Source: Bdellovibrio sp.
GTDB lineage: Bacteria; Bdellovibrionota; Bdellovibrionia; Bdellovibrionales; Bdellovibrionaceae
Assembly (NCBI GenBank): GCA_036676395.1
Contig: JAKFCY010000002.1
Span: 1,856,001-1,920,000 of the forward strand
Direction of reading: 5' to 3'
Length of the DNA stretch: 64,000 nucleotides
Position numbers and translations under genes: made by a program. Below are positions 50,071-59,900 of this stretch, in pieces (the first letter of the stretch is position 1; every line of letters starts with the position of its first letter). The notes beneath the pieces were generated by a model. The model did not search any database, had not been told where the DNA came from, and saw only the letters and a list, made by a program, of their open reading frames with translations.

Positions 50071-50514
50071 CTATATATACTGAAAAGTCAGAGCATCAGA
50101 GCGATCAAGATAGTAAGCTTTACGAGTTCCGATTTGTTTAAAGCCTGATTTCTGATATAAGCTAATTGCAGACAGGTTTTGGCTGTGAACCTCTAATAAC
50201 AAGGGTTTGGACGCTTTGCGACTATTGTCCTGTAATTCGCGCAAAAGCAGGCTCATAACGTTTTTACGGCGGGCCCAGCGAGCTGTGCCTAGCGCCATGA
50301 TCTCACAACAGTCTTCATTATTACGATAAGCAATAAACCCGCAGATTCGATTATCATCATCCCGACAAATCAAAAATGCTGACATCACTAGCTCAATTTG
50401 GATGTTTTCCATGGGCCAATTGAATTCGGCCTTGTTTGAAACCGAGTCATAGACCTCAAAAAATAGCTCGGTTAGCTCTTTATATTCCGAAGCGGATGCG
50501 ACTTTTAAAGTCAT
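50071..50514 (-). CDS. RimI-like GNAT acetyltransferase
   Basis: LEVHSQNLSAISLYQKSGF...RKAYY. Confidence 0.85.
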   Translation of the reverse strand: MTLKVASASEYKELTELFFEVYDSVSNKAEFNWPMENIQIELVMSAFLICRDDDNRICGFIAYRNNEDCCEIMALGTARWARRKNVMSLLLRELQDNSRKASKPLLLEVHSQNLSAISLYQKSGFKQIGTRKAYYLDRSDALTFQYI

Positions 50515-51001
50515 TTGATTTCCACCCTAGCGAGTATTTACGTTTTAAAACCACAAGCCAGGCAATGATGGCTTGGCGGTTTTGCAATTGGCGTTCTTTG
50601 ATCGTTACGATCTCGGCTATGCGAAACATTCTTTGAATTTCGTTTTTTACAGCTTCAGCTTTTTTTGAGTTGTCTGGATATTTATAATTCTGCAAATAGC
50701 GTTCTACAATTTCAGGATCCGCCTGAATATCCAACTGATTAGCTTCACGCAAGGCTAAGCTGCTGAAAAGGTAAAACTCAGCACTGTCTTCAAATGACTT
50801 TAATACGTTGGGAGAAAAAAAGCGCTCCATCGATTTCGACACGTCTTCAAAAATTTTAAAATCGTAATTGGTGCGGCCGTCACCGTTCATATCAAAAAGA
50901 AGTTCATCGACAGTGATAATACCAGCACTTGGTTTTTGCGCGGCTTGCACCAATTGAGCAGAGATCAGAATAAAAGAAACTAAAAATAAACGAATCAACA
51001 T
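50480..51001 (-). CDS. Secreted hypothetical protein
   Basis: Signal peptide (VQA). Start at 51001 or 51007. Confidence 0.65.
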   Translation of the reverse strand: MLIRLFLVSFILISAQLVQAAQKPSAGIITVDELLFDMNGDGRTNYDFKIFEDVSKSMERFFSPNVLKSFEDSAEFYLFSSLALREANQLDIQADPEIVERYLQNYKYPDNSKKAEAVKNEIQRMFRIAEIVTIKERQLQNRQAIIAWLVVLKRKYSLGWKSNDFKSRIRFGI

Positions 51002-51016
51002 ACCCATATCATAAAT

Positions 51017-51049
51017 AAAAAAGGCCAGCTCTGTAAAGCTGACCTTTTT
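51017..51049 (-). terminator. Intrinsic terminator after the beta-barrel gene, overlapping a probable promoter
   Basis: Minus strand AAAAAGGTCAGCT-loop-AGCTGGCCTTTTTT. Confidence 0.8.
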
Positions 51050-51075
51050 AAGTTCAGGTAGATATCAGGAATTTT

Positions 51076-52236
51076 CTAGAAATTAACGCGGGCGAATAAA
51101 CCCGTTGTAAAGTATTGCAATTGCTCAACCGGAGTTGAACCTGCTGCAGTCTGTCCACTGATTTTATTCGACATGTTGTACATGTACTTCATGTCAAAAC
51201 CTGCAGACATTTTGTCGTTAAATTCTAAATCAATACCCGCGATTAAACCTAAGTCGATCGCGTGTGATGTTCCGAATTCAGTTCCGGCCACACCGTAAGC
51301 TGTGTTGTTGTTAGCAACATATTCTCTGTATGAGTAAGCGATTAAACCACCAACAACCGGACGAACAAAACCGCCGATAAGCTGATACTTAGTTGAAATT
51401 ATACCTTGGTATTGGTTCATATCAAAGTTCGCTGAACGAACATTAAATCCATCAACGTATTTAGCGTTTAATGTGTAATTAGAATATAAAAATGCACCTT
51501 CAACTAAGAAGTAATCAAAGCGTGTACCGAAACCAGCACCTAAAGCGTAGTTACCTTTTACCGCATCGATATCAGGATATTGGCCAATCGCTGCGTTTGC
51601 CGTAAAGTACTTTTGTTCTAAAGATGGCATAATGGCTTTATCATCTTCAGTTAATGCTGCGCGAACTTCTTCACGTACTGCATCGCGAGTTAAAGTTTCG
51701 TTTTGGTTAATAATGATGGGTTGAACTTGTGATGAAGGAGCTTCTACAGGAGCAACTTGTTGCACTTGAACAGGTTGTACTGGTTGAGCCTGTTGTTGAT
51801 TTTGAAGAGCATCAAACTTATCACCGAATAAAATCGATGCACGTTTTTTCTCGTCTTCTAAACGGCTTTGCTCAAGCTTTTCAACGATTTTTGATTCAGT
51901 TCTTAATTCTTCTTCTTGGCGACCACGGCGGATGTTATCTGCACGTGAATTGCTAAGAGGCGAACCCTCAACTGTCGTCTCTGGCTGTTTTTGCACCGTA
52001 GGATAAGATTGCTGCTGCGGTACCACAACTGTTTGTGTAACTACAGCGCCAGTAGCCGCGTTTGCGTCTGCTGTTGGTGCGTTTTTGTTAGATGTACTTT
52101 GTTGTTGATACATCTGTTCGATTTCTGAATCGACTTCAGCATTTAATTCATTTGCTGCAGACGACTGAGCTTTTGCCATTTCTGCAAACATTAGGTTCGC
52201 TAAAATCGCAGCGGCGATGGTTAATGATAGTTTCAT
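51076..52236 (-). CDS. Outer-membrane beta-barrel protein with a Gln-rich/coiled-coil N-terminal region
   Basis: Signal peptide (AKA), OmpA-like small-barrel C-terminus ending ARVNF; SD GGGGAG. Confidence 0.8.
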   Translation of the reverse strand: MKLSLTIAAAILANLMFAEMAKAQSSAANELNAEVDSEIEQMYQQQSTSNKNAPTADANAATGAVVTQTVVVPQQQSYPTVQKQPETTVEGSPLSNSRADNIRRGRQEEELRTESKIVEKLEQSRLEDEKKRASILFGDKFDALQNQQQAQPVQPVQVQQVAPVEAPSSQVQPIIINQNETLTRDAVREEVRAALTEDDKAIMPSLEQKYFTANAAIGQYPDIDAVKGNYALGAGFGTRFDYFLVEGAFLYSNYTLNAKYVDGFNVRSANFDMNQYQGIISTKYQLIGGFVRPVVGGLIAYSYREYVANNNTAYGVAGTEFGTSHAIDLGLIAGIDLEFNDKMSAGFDMKYMYNMSNKISGQTAAGSTPVEQLQYFTTGLFARVNF

Positions 52237-52292
52237 ATATACTCCCCTGATCTTTTTTTTAACTCTGTCTTTTTACTACAGAGAATCAAATT

Positions 52293-52308
52293 AGCAACCT
52301 AAGTGCCA
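52293..52308 (-). promoter_or_regulatory. Sigma54 promoter (TGGCAC-TTAGG-TTGCT)
   Basis: Matches TGGCAC-N5-TTGCW exactly; 56 nt upstream of the ATG at 52236. Confidence 0.8.
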
Positions 52309-52510
52309 ATAAATGTAGCTTTTTCCAAACTGCTGACAATTATTGTAACTGCTTGGAAGGACTGGTTTTTCCCTCTGGAGGCTCAATACCTAGGTGTTTA
52401 GCTCAATTGAAAGAAGGTGACGATGATTCGGTCATCCTTGAAAAAAATACTTGAACAGCATGCCTTGGTGCCATTAAGTTAGAACATCCTAATGTCTATA
52501 TATTGTCGGT

Positions 52511-52597
52511 GGCTCGGTGATGAAATTGGTAGACTTGCTAGACTCAAAATCTTGTGGGAGCAATCCCGTGTCGGTTCGATTCCGACCCGAGCCACCA
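52511..52597 (+). tRNA. tRNA-Leu (CAA)
   Basis: Acceptor stem GGCTCGG/CCGAGCC, anticodon loop CT-CAA-AA, long variable arm GGGAGCAATCCC, GGTTCGATTCC, encoded CCA. Confidence 0.95.
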
Positions 52598-52614
52598 AAT
52601 TTTATCTCTAAAAC

Positions 52615-52646
52615 AAAAAAAAGACGGCCCTTTGCAGAGCCGTCTT
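52615..52646 (-). terminator. Intrinsic terminator with the U tract on the minus strand
   Basis: AAGACGGC-loop-GCCGTCTT hairpin; A tract precedes it on the plus strand. Confidence 0.8.
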
Positions 52647-52793
52647 AGTGTGAAGAACGCAATTGGCGTTGCGCTATTTGAATGTACTTATATTATCGGC
52701 TACTAAAAAAAAAGCGAAAGTCCACTAGACTCAGTTTCTGTTCACTTAAGCCGCTGCAGTAACCAAATACTATGTTATTTACAAAAAACACAG

Positions 52794-55700
52794 TTAATTA
52801 CCGACTTGAACCCAGGCCGCACCATCGCAGTATTTAAAACGGCTTGTTGCTGTAAAATACTGGTATTGCCCTGGAGCCCCAATTGGCGCAACACAACCCA
52901 CTCCCCCAGCACCTGGCGATGCCCCCATCGCAAAATAAGTTGTTCCTTTGCAATATTTCAGTGTCGATTGAACTGCATCGTAAATCACTTCACCATTTTT
53001 TGTACAAGCACCCAGCGAGACTGGCACTATATATTCAAATATAACCAGACTGCTGTTATCGGCTATGTAGCCTGTGTTGCCCGAAAAAGTCATATCTTTC
53101 GGAAAGCTGATCCCTGACGCCGTTGAATCCAACATCACTGGCGAGGCCGGAGTCGTGATATCAACCGTCGCTAATAATTTTGGCGAACCATTCACCAAAT
53201 GAAGATAGTTACCCACAATTCGCATCGCCCGCACATCCGTAAAACGGGCATCGACTAAACTTCCCGTAATTGATGGCACCGTCGGTGTTGTAATACTCAC
53301 TACCGTTAATTTTGTATTGGTACTTCCAACTACAAAAAGATTGTTACCCGAGATGACAACAGAGTCACAACTTTCAAAACCTGCATCTGACAGCGTAGCG
53401 ACAATGGTCATTGAAGCCGGATTAGCGATATTCACGACTTGAAGATCCTGCGAACTAGTGCACACATAAGCATAGTTACCAGAAATCGCAAAATCCATCG
53501 GGTTTACGATAGTAGCACTATCGTAAGTGACTTCGGTTGGCATTGAAGCAATTGACGTCGCCGAAAGTTTGTCAGCACCAAAACCATCCCGTATCCAGAA
53601 ATGATAATTTCCGGCAGTCTTACCTTTAAGCCCCGAACCAGACTGATAAATATCTGTGACAAACGACATCGCTGCTGGATTTGAAAAGTTAACTACCGCC
53701 CCCTGATAACCAGAGTTTGCTGTTCCAACAAAAGCATAGTTGCCTGACAAGGCCACACTTCTTCCCTCTTTAAGAGCGCCGTTATAAATCGTCGAAAGCA
53801 AAGCTGGGCTATCTGGATTAGAAACATTGACTGCCGTTAACCGTGAAGTATTCGCACTGATCACATAAGCAGTTGTGCCCGACACCGCTACAGAGTTTAC
53901 ACCCGATAGCCAACTGGCTTCATTGTACGGGTTATTGATTTGCCCTGGAATTTGTTTTGGGCTGATATCCAAAATCTGAAACACTCCGCCCGTTGTGACT
54001 TGATAAACATAATTACCAGAAACTTGCATCGTGGCAACTGATGCATGCGGCGAACCAGAAACTCGTCCGCCGAGTTCGACAGCTTGATTAGCTTTTAAAA
54101 CGCCCATGCCCATATAGTTGTAATCAGAATAATACGAAAAATAAAAATAATTACCGTTACCGGACATCTGACTGATGGAAGCAATCGGCGAATTGACCAC
54201 AAGTGCTGGCGCTGATGGCGTTGAAACATTAATTGTCGTGACTCCGGTTGATGTCGAGACGTAAATGTAGTTTCCATTTTTATAAATAGATTTCGGCGAC
54301 GGCAAATCAGTCGCACTCTGATAATAGCCAACTAAGGTTGGCGCATTGGGTGTAGCAATACTGATAATCACCATTGAGTTTGACGAATTACACGACACAT
54401 AAAGATAATTTCCGCTACGAACCATGCGGCTACAGGTCCCCAGCGCCGCATGACTAACTTGCGTGACATAGGTTGGTAATGCTTTATTGGTAATATCAAC
54501 TACGGTCAGCCCATTAGTTTTAGTCACATAAGCGTAATTTCCCGATACATATACAGCTTTGGCACTCACAAGGTTAGTGGCATCCAAAAGACGGCCACTG
54601 ACTGTCGGACTTGCCGAATTTGAAACATTCATGACGGTTAAATAATTTGAACCGACAACATAGGCGTAGCCTGATAAAGCAAAGACATCACTCGGCGCCG
54701 GAATATTTGTCGCATCTTGCCTGTAGCCTAAAAAAGCCGGAGCTGTCGGATTTGAAATATTAATTATAGAAAAAATATTTGAAGTTGCAGCTGTCGCATA
54801 AGCTAAGGTTCCAGAGACGGCTAATGAAACTGTTCCATTTAAACGCGCAATAACCGGAGCTGTCGCAAGTAAAGTTGCACTTGTCGGGGTTGATATCGAA
54901 TAACTTCGGATTGTTGTATTTGCGCCGCCTGAATTGGTCACCAGTGTCGTACCAACGATAGCAGGTAGACTGCCGGTATATGAATTGCCGACTGTCGGCG
55001 ATACAGGATTTGTGACGCTGACAATTTTACCATTCGTGTACAAATAAGAACCCTTGGCCGCTATGATTCCGCTGTATGCTGCATTGGTAAAATTGGCTGT
55101 CACTGCAGGGCTGGCTTTATTTGAAATATCTATGATGGTTAATTTATTAGAACCTGCATTGACATAAAGATAATTGCCGACCACAGCTAAACTATCAAAG
55201 GTACCTAAGTTAGTTGCATCTGATACGCTTCCCACCACCGTCGGAGATGCTGGATTGGAAATATCTAATATAGAAAGTGTATCGGTTGAATTAATTCCTG
55301 CATATAAATAATTTCCTAATATATACATCGCATTTGGCTTTGCTCCGAGTGTAGCTGTGGCAATGACGGCTGGTGCTGCTTTATTGGCGACGTCAATAAT
55401 TTTTATTCCAGTACTTATTGCCGCATACAAAGTGTTTCCAGAAACTTCTAAATCATCCACCGAACTTAATCCACTTAGCGTTGATACAAGCTCTGGTAAA
55501 TTAGGATTTGTAGCTACATCCACAATGGCCACTTCGCCCCAGTTTATCATCGACATATAGGCATAACTTCCGTCAAAAGCCACATCGTTGGCGCTGTAAT
55601 TAAAAGTGTGATTACTTTTATACTGACCTTTTTGCACAGGTGTTGTGGGAGCACTAATATCAATCACACCCAACTGCTCGGTAGACCCACCCAATAACAC

Positions 55701-56933
55701 GGCGTAGGTTCCAGACGCGGCCATCTTTGATACCCAAAGATCAGCACCGGGCAACTCTGCAACAGGTGGTAAAGTTAAAACCGGCTGCAGTCCCATATCC
55801 ATAACATGAACCGTGTCATTGCCAGGGTTTAAACACACCGCACGCTGAGAATCAGCACCGGCATGAGTACACGAAGCTCCGCTCGGCCCGGGAATTCCTA
55901 ATTGATAAATTGGATTCGCAGGCGCAGCTGAAGTGATATCAAAAACAGATATGTAATTGGTGCTATTGCGGCCATTACTTTGTACGCTGATGGCGTAATT
56001 TCCATACCGCGCCATATCTTTTGGATCCTCTAAACTGCTATCAGTCCAACTAGCTAACAGCGATGGGCTAGCCTTATTCGTCACATCGACAATAGTCATA
56101 TTTCCACTGGCCCCAGCTTCTGAAAGTACAGCTACGCGATTTGCGAAACTTCTGACTGCTTTAGCATAGGTATTAGAAAAATTTGAATCGGCATAAGTTC
56201 CAACAACCGACGGTGCGGTTGGCGTAGTTACATCCACCACTTGAAGTGATCCAACTGTGACGACATAAGCATAATTGCCTTCAACATCAAGAGCCCGCGC
56301 ATTAGCAATTGGCAAGGCCGCAGCAAGAGTCGGTGCCGCCGGGTTTGAAACATTGACGATCACTAATTTATTTTTGTTACCATCAAGTGCATAGGCATAG
56401 CTACCTTTCACCACTAACGCTTCAATATTGTAAAAGCTTGAACCTAAGTTTGTTGAATCGGTGTAAGTTCCGGCAACAACCGGAGCCGCAGGGTTTGCAA
56501 TATTGACGATAATAATTTTTTCAGCTTTGCGAATATATAAATAATTGCCAACGATGACACTTCGATCTGCATCAGTGAATGCTGAATGTGTTAGTGTTCC
56601 TGTTGTCGTGATACTATTAATGTTTGAGGAGTTAAGCACTACCAGTTTATCACCAGTAATCACATACACATTTGTTCCTGAAACGGCTGGCGCCACAGGG
56701 TTAGAAATTAAAGTTGTACGCGTGTCTTCTAATTGCGATCTAAAATTATAACCACCATATTTAACGCTCTTCCAATTCGTACCATCACAATATTGCAAAT
56801 CCGATGCACTGGCATCCCAGCGCATCGCTCCTGCATCACCAGTTGGTGATGCACAAACGGCAGATGCAAATTCTGCACTCAGCAAACATACGCCGGCTAG
56901 AAAAATTTTAATTAGGATCGGCATCAGCTTCAT
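52794..56933 (-). CDS. Large secreted LVIVD-repeat (beta-propeller) protein with terminal Cys/Trp fibre modules
   Basis: Signal peptide (ASA); many xGNYAY...L.IVDIS.P..P repeats; one N-terminal and two C-terminal C...G...YC.G modules. Confidence 0.85.
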   Translation of the reverse strand: MKLMPILIKIFLAGVCLLSAEFASAVCASPTGDAGAMRWDASASDLQYCDGTNWKSVKYGGYNFRSQLEDTRTTLISNPVAPAVSGTNVYVITGDKLVVLNSSNINSITTTGTLTHSAFTDADRSVIVGNYLYIRKAEKIIIVNIANPAAPVVAGTYTDSTNLGSSFYNIEALVVKGSYAYALDGNKNKLVIVNVSNPAAPTLAAALPIANARALDVEGNYAYVVTVGSLQVVDVTTPTAPSVVGTYADSNFSNTYAKAVRSFANRVAVLSEAGASGNMTIVDVTNKASPSLLASWTDSSLEDPKDMARYGNYAISVQSNGRNSTNYISVFDITSAAPANPIYQLGIPGPSGASCTHAGADSQRAVCLNPGNDTVHVMDMGLQPVLTLPPVAELPGADLWVSKMAASGTYAVLLGGSTEQLGVIDISAPTTPVQKGQYKSNHTFNYSANDVAFDGSYAYMSMINWGEVAIVDVATNPNLPELVSTLSGLSSVDDLEVSGNTLYAAISTGIKIIDVANKAAPAVIATATLGAKPNAMYILGNYLYAGINSTDTLSILDISNPASPTVVGSVSDATNLGTFDSLAVVGNYLYVNAGSNKLTIIDISNKASPAVTANFTNAAYSGIIAAKGSYLYTNGKIVSVTNPVSPTVGNSYTGSLPAIVGTTLVTNSGGANTTIRSYSISTPTSATLLATAPVIARLNGTVSLAVSGTLAYATAATSNIFSIINISNPTAPAFLGYRQDATNIPAPSDVFALSGYAYVVGSNYLTVMNVSNSASPTVSGRLLDATNLVSAKAVYVSGNYAYVTKTNGLTVVDITNKALPTYVTQVSHAALGTCSRMVRSGNYLYVSCNSSNSMVIISIATPNAPTLVGYYQSATDLPSPKSIYKNGNYIYVSTSTGVTTINVSTPSAPALVVNSPIASISQMSGNGNYFYFSYYSDYNYMGMGVLKANQAVELGGRVSGSPHASVATMQVSGNYVYQVTTGGVFQILDISPKQIPGQINNPYNEASWLSGVNSVAVSGTTAYVISANTSRLTAVNVSNPDSPALLSTIYNGALKEGRSVALSGNYAFVGTANSGYQGAVVNFSNPAAMSFVTDIYQSGSGLKGKTAGNYHFWIRDGFGADKLSATSIASMPTEVTYDSATIVNPMDFAISGNYAYVCTSSQDLQVVNIANPASMTIVATLSDAGFESCDSVVISGNNLFVVGSTNTKLTVVSITTPTVPSITGSLVDARFTDVRAMRIVGNYLHLVNGSPKLLATVDITTPASPVMLDSTASGISFPKDMTFSGNTGYIADNSSLVIFEYIVPVSLGACTKNGEVIYDAVQSTLKYCKGTTYFAMGASPGAGGVGCVAPIGAPGQYQYFTATSRFKYCDGAAWVQVGN

Positions 56934-56935
56934 AC

Positions 56936-59900
56936 TTATCTGATTCCTAATTTTTTCTCGATCATTCGCAGACGATTTTCAAGTTCATTATTTTTTTCTT
57001 TAAGCTTGCCGTTTTCTTCATGCAATTCTTTAATTGAATTAATTAACGGTGCGATCAGATATTGATACTTTACGGCTTTGTAACCACTTTGACGGTCTGT
57101 CACAACAGCGTGTGGAAATACCTGTTCTAATTCTTGCGCGATAACCCCGGCATCATATTGGCCATTGGCTTTCCATTGGTAAGAATAGCCATTCAATTTT
57201 AAAACGGATTCTAAACCTGAAATTAGCTGAATATTTTTTTTAAGTCTGCCATCTGAAGTTGAAATAAAACTTGTGGCTTTAACACTGCCCGAGACTTCTA
57301 ATTTTTCTGACGGCGTTGTCGTGCCAATTCCGACATTGCCTGAACTATCAATTCTTAGCCTTTCTAAACTGTTAGTTGAAAAAGCAAGAACCTGTCCGCC
57401 CGGAGAAAACATACCCGAATTATGAACGCCGTTAAAAGTATATACCGGCGCAGCCGCAGTTCCAGAAGCGACATTAATTTTTACGCCGTTTGTCGCTGCA
57501 GAAATCATTGAACCATAACCAAAAGAAAACATTGTTGATCCATTAGCGACTAATGCAAACGAATCGGCATAGTCTTTATAAAAACCAGTATTGGTATCGG
57601 AAGCAAAAGCAATTGAAGGTGCACCTACAGTGCCATCTGAAACTTTAAGTGCACCCGTCATCGCGACAGAGCCGTCTTTCATAAAATCTCCGGCGACAGC
57701 CAACGCGGCTGGTGCCCATGCTGACCCGTTATAAGCTAACACTTGTCCAGATGTCGGCGCTGTCGCCAGCACACTTCGACCCTGAATACCATCTACTGTC
57801 AGCGAAGCTGAACCGGAAACCGACGACACATCACCGGCAAACGCAGGAAGCCTAGCCGCGGCCAATGTTCCGGTAGCACTTGCACTGCCTAAATTTAAAC
57901 TTGATACCGTTGCAAATCCACCCAGGCCTAAATTCGTTCGCGCAGTGGCACTTGAACTTAAATCTGATAAATTATTTGTTTTAACTAAGTAATTTCCTAA
58001 CACGGTACTGCTTGCCGGAACATAACCCAAAACCTGTGCAATGCTTGCAGCACTTGATGTGATTTTGTTTGTGAAGACTGTGTAATCTGCGTTGGATAAT
58101 AAACCCGCAGTTACAGAGCCTGCACTTGCCAATGGAATATTTAATGTATGAACTCCATTAGCTGTTACAAACAGCGGTGCTGTTCCTGTTATACCATGAG
58201 CAAAAGTTTGCGTACCTGAAGTTGAGCCGTTGAATGTTGTAATTCCACTGCCTGCAACACCGAATGCAGACCAGCTTGTGCCGTTACAAAATTCCACATT
58301 TTCTGAATTATATCTTAATGTTCCAGCAAAGCTTACAGCACAAGTTGCAGATTCCATACTGATTTGCAAACCACCCGATACTGATAATTTTGTCACAGGT
58401 GTTTTGCTTCCAATCCCGATATTACCTGTAGCAATTGTCGCACCTGAGCCGTTGAGGCTGGTTCCAAAAATAAGATTACCTATATTTAAAGTTCCTGACG
58501 ATGTCGCTGCGACGGTATTGATATTATTACCGATAACAATGTTATTTGCGCCTGTTGTTAAATTACCTGCTGAATAGGCACCAATCACAATATTATTATT
58601 TGCGCCGGTTGCAATATTTGTAGCAGCTTCATAACCGATGATTGTGGTGTTGCTGACATCCGAATTATTGCTCGGGCCATTACCAGCACCTGCTCCAACG
58701 TAAACATTTTGATGGCCTGTTTTATTTGTTCGCCCGGCGTTTAATCCAATACCTACGTTGTTAGTGCCTGACGTATTATTGTTTAGCGCACTTACTCCTA
58801 CCGCAGTATTATAATATCCAGTTGTATTATAGCTAAGCGCCGATCCACCCACTGCGGTATTTTCATTTCCCGTAGTGTTGTTCCATAATGTTTCAGCGCC
58901 GATGGCTGTATTAAATTGCCCCGAGGTATTTGCCTGTAGAGCATACCAACCAAAGGCTGCATTTTCGTAACTTGTAACTGATGATTCAAGTGTACCAAAA
59001 CCAAAAGCTGTATTTTGCCCGCCGTCTTGATTTGCTGCCATCGAATTTACACCGAAGGCTGTGCTTTCAGAATTATTTGAATCTTCAACTAAAGGCCATG
59101 AAGTTCCAGAGCCGACAAATAATCCACCATTTCCGGTATGCACATGAACGATGTCATTTAACGTAACTTGTGAACCACTAGTGACACGGCCTTTACTATC
59201 TACTGTGACTTTCGTATATTGTGCTCCGCTTGCTACACCAGAAAAAGTCATTAAACGCGCCTCAGAAATAATTCCGGTAGCACTTGCGCTTCCTAAATCT
59301 AAACTTGATACCGTGGCAAATCCACCTAAACCTAAATTCGCGCGTGCTGTTGCTGAACTTGTTAAATCAGATAAATTATTTGATTTTAAAACGTAATTAG
59401 AAAGTGTCGTCATGCTGACTTTATTCATCAGAGTAGTGTAATCAGAATTTGAAATTAAGCCTGCAGTTACAGCACCTGAAGAAGCTAAAGGAATATTTAA
59501 TGTGTGCATACCGTTTACCGTCACAAAAGCAGGAGTCGTTCCGGCTGTGCCATTCGCAAAGGTTTGGGTACCCGAAGTTGAACCGTTGAATGCTGTAATT
59601 CCACTGCCTGCAACTCCGAATGCTGACCATGTTGATCCATTACAGTACTCTACGTTGCCAGAATTATACCGCAAAGTTCCCGCGTAGCTTAGCGCACAAG
59701 GTGCAGATTCCATACTGATTTGAATTCCGCCTGAAACAGAAAGTTTTGTGATGGGTGTGTTTGTGCCGATGCCGACAGTTCCTGCAGAAGTGATTCTTAG
59801 GGACTCATTTCCACCGCTCAGGGTCTGAAACCGTATGTCACCACCGTTACCATCGGTATTATTGGTAATTTCTAATGTGTTGGCCGAATTCATGCGCATC

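Noticed and set aside
52457..52473. TGGCAC-CAAGG-CATGC (minus strand) as a second sigma54 promoter
   Set aside because: Spacing is GG-N11-GC, not the required N10; it overlaps the likely sigma70 promoter of the tRNA.
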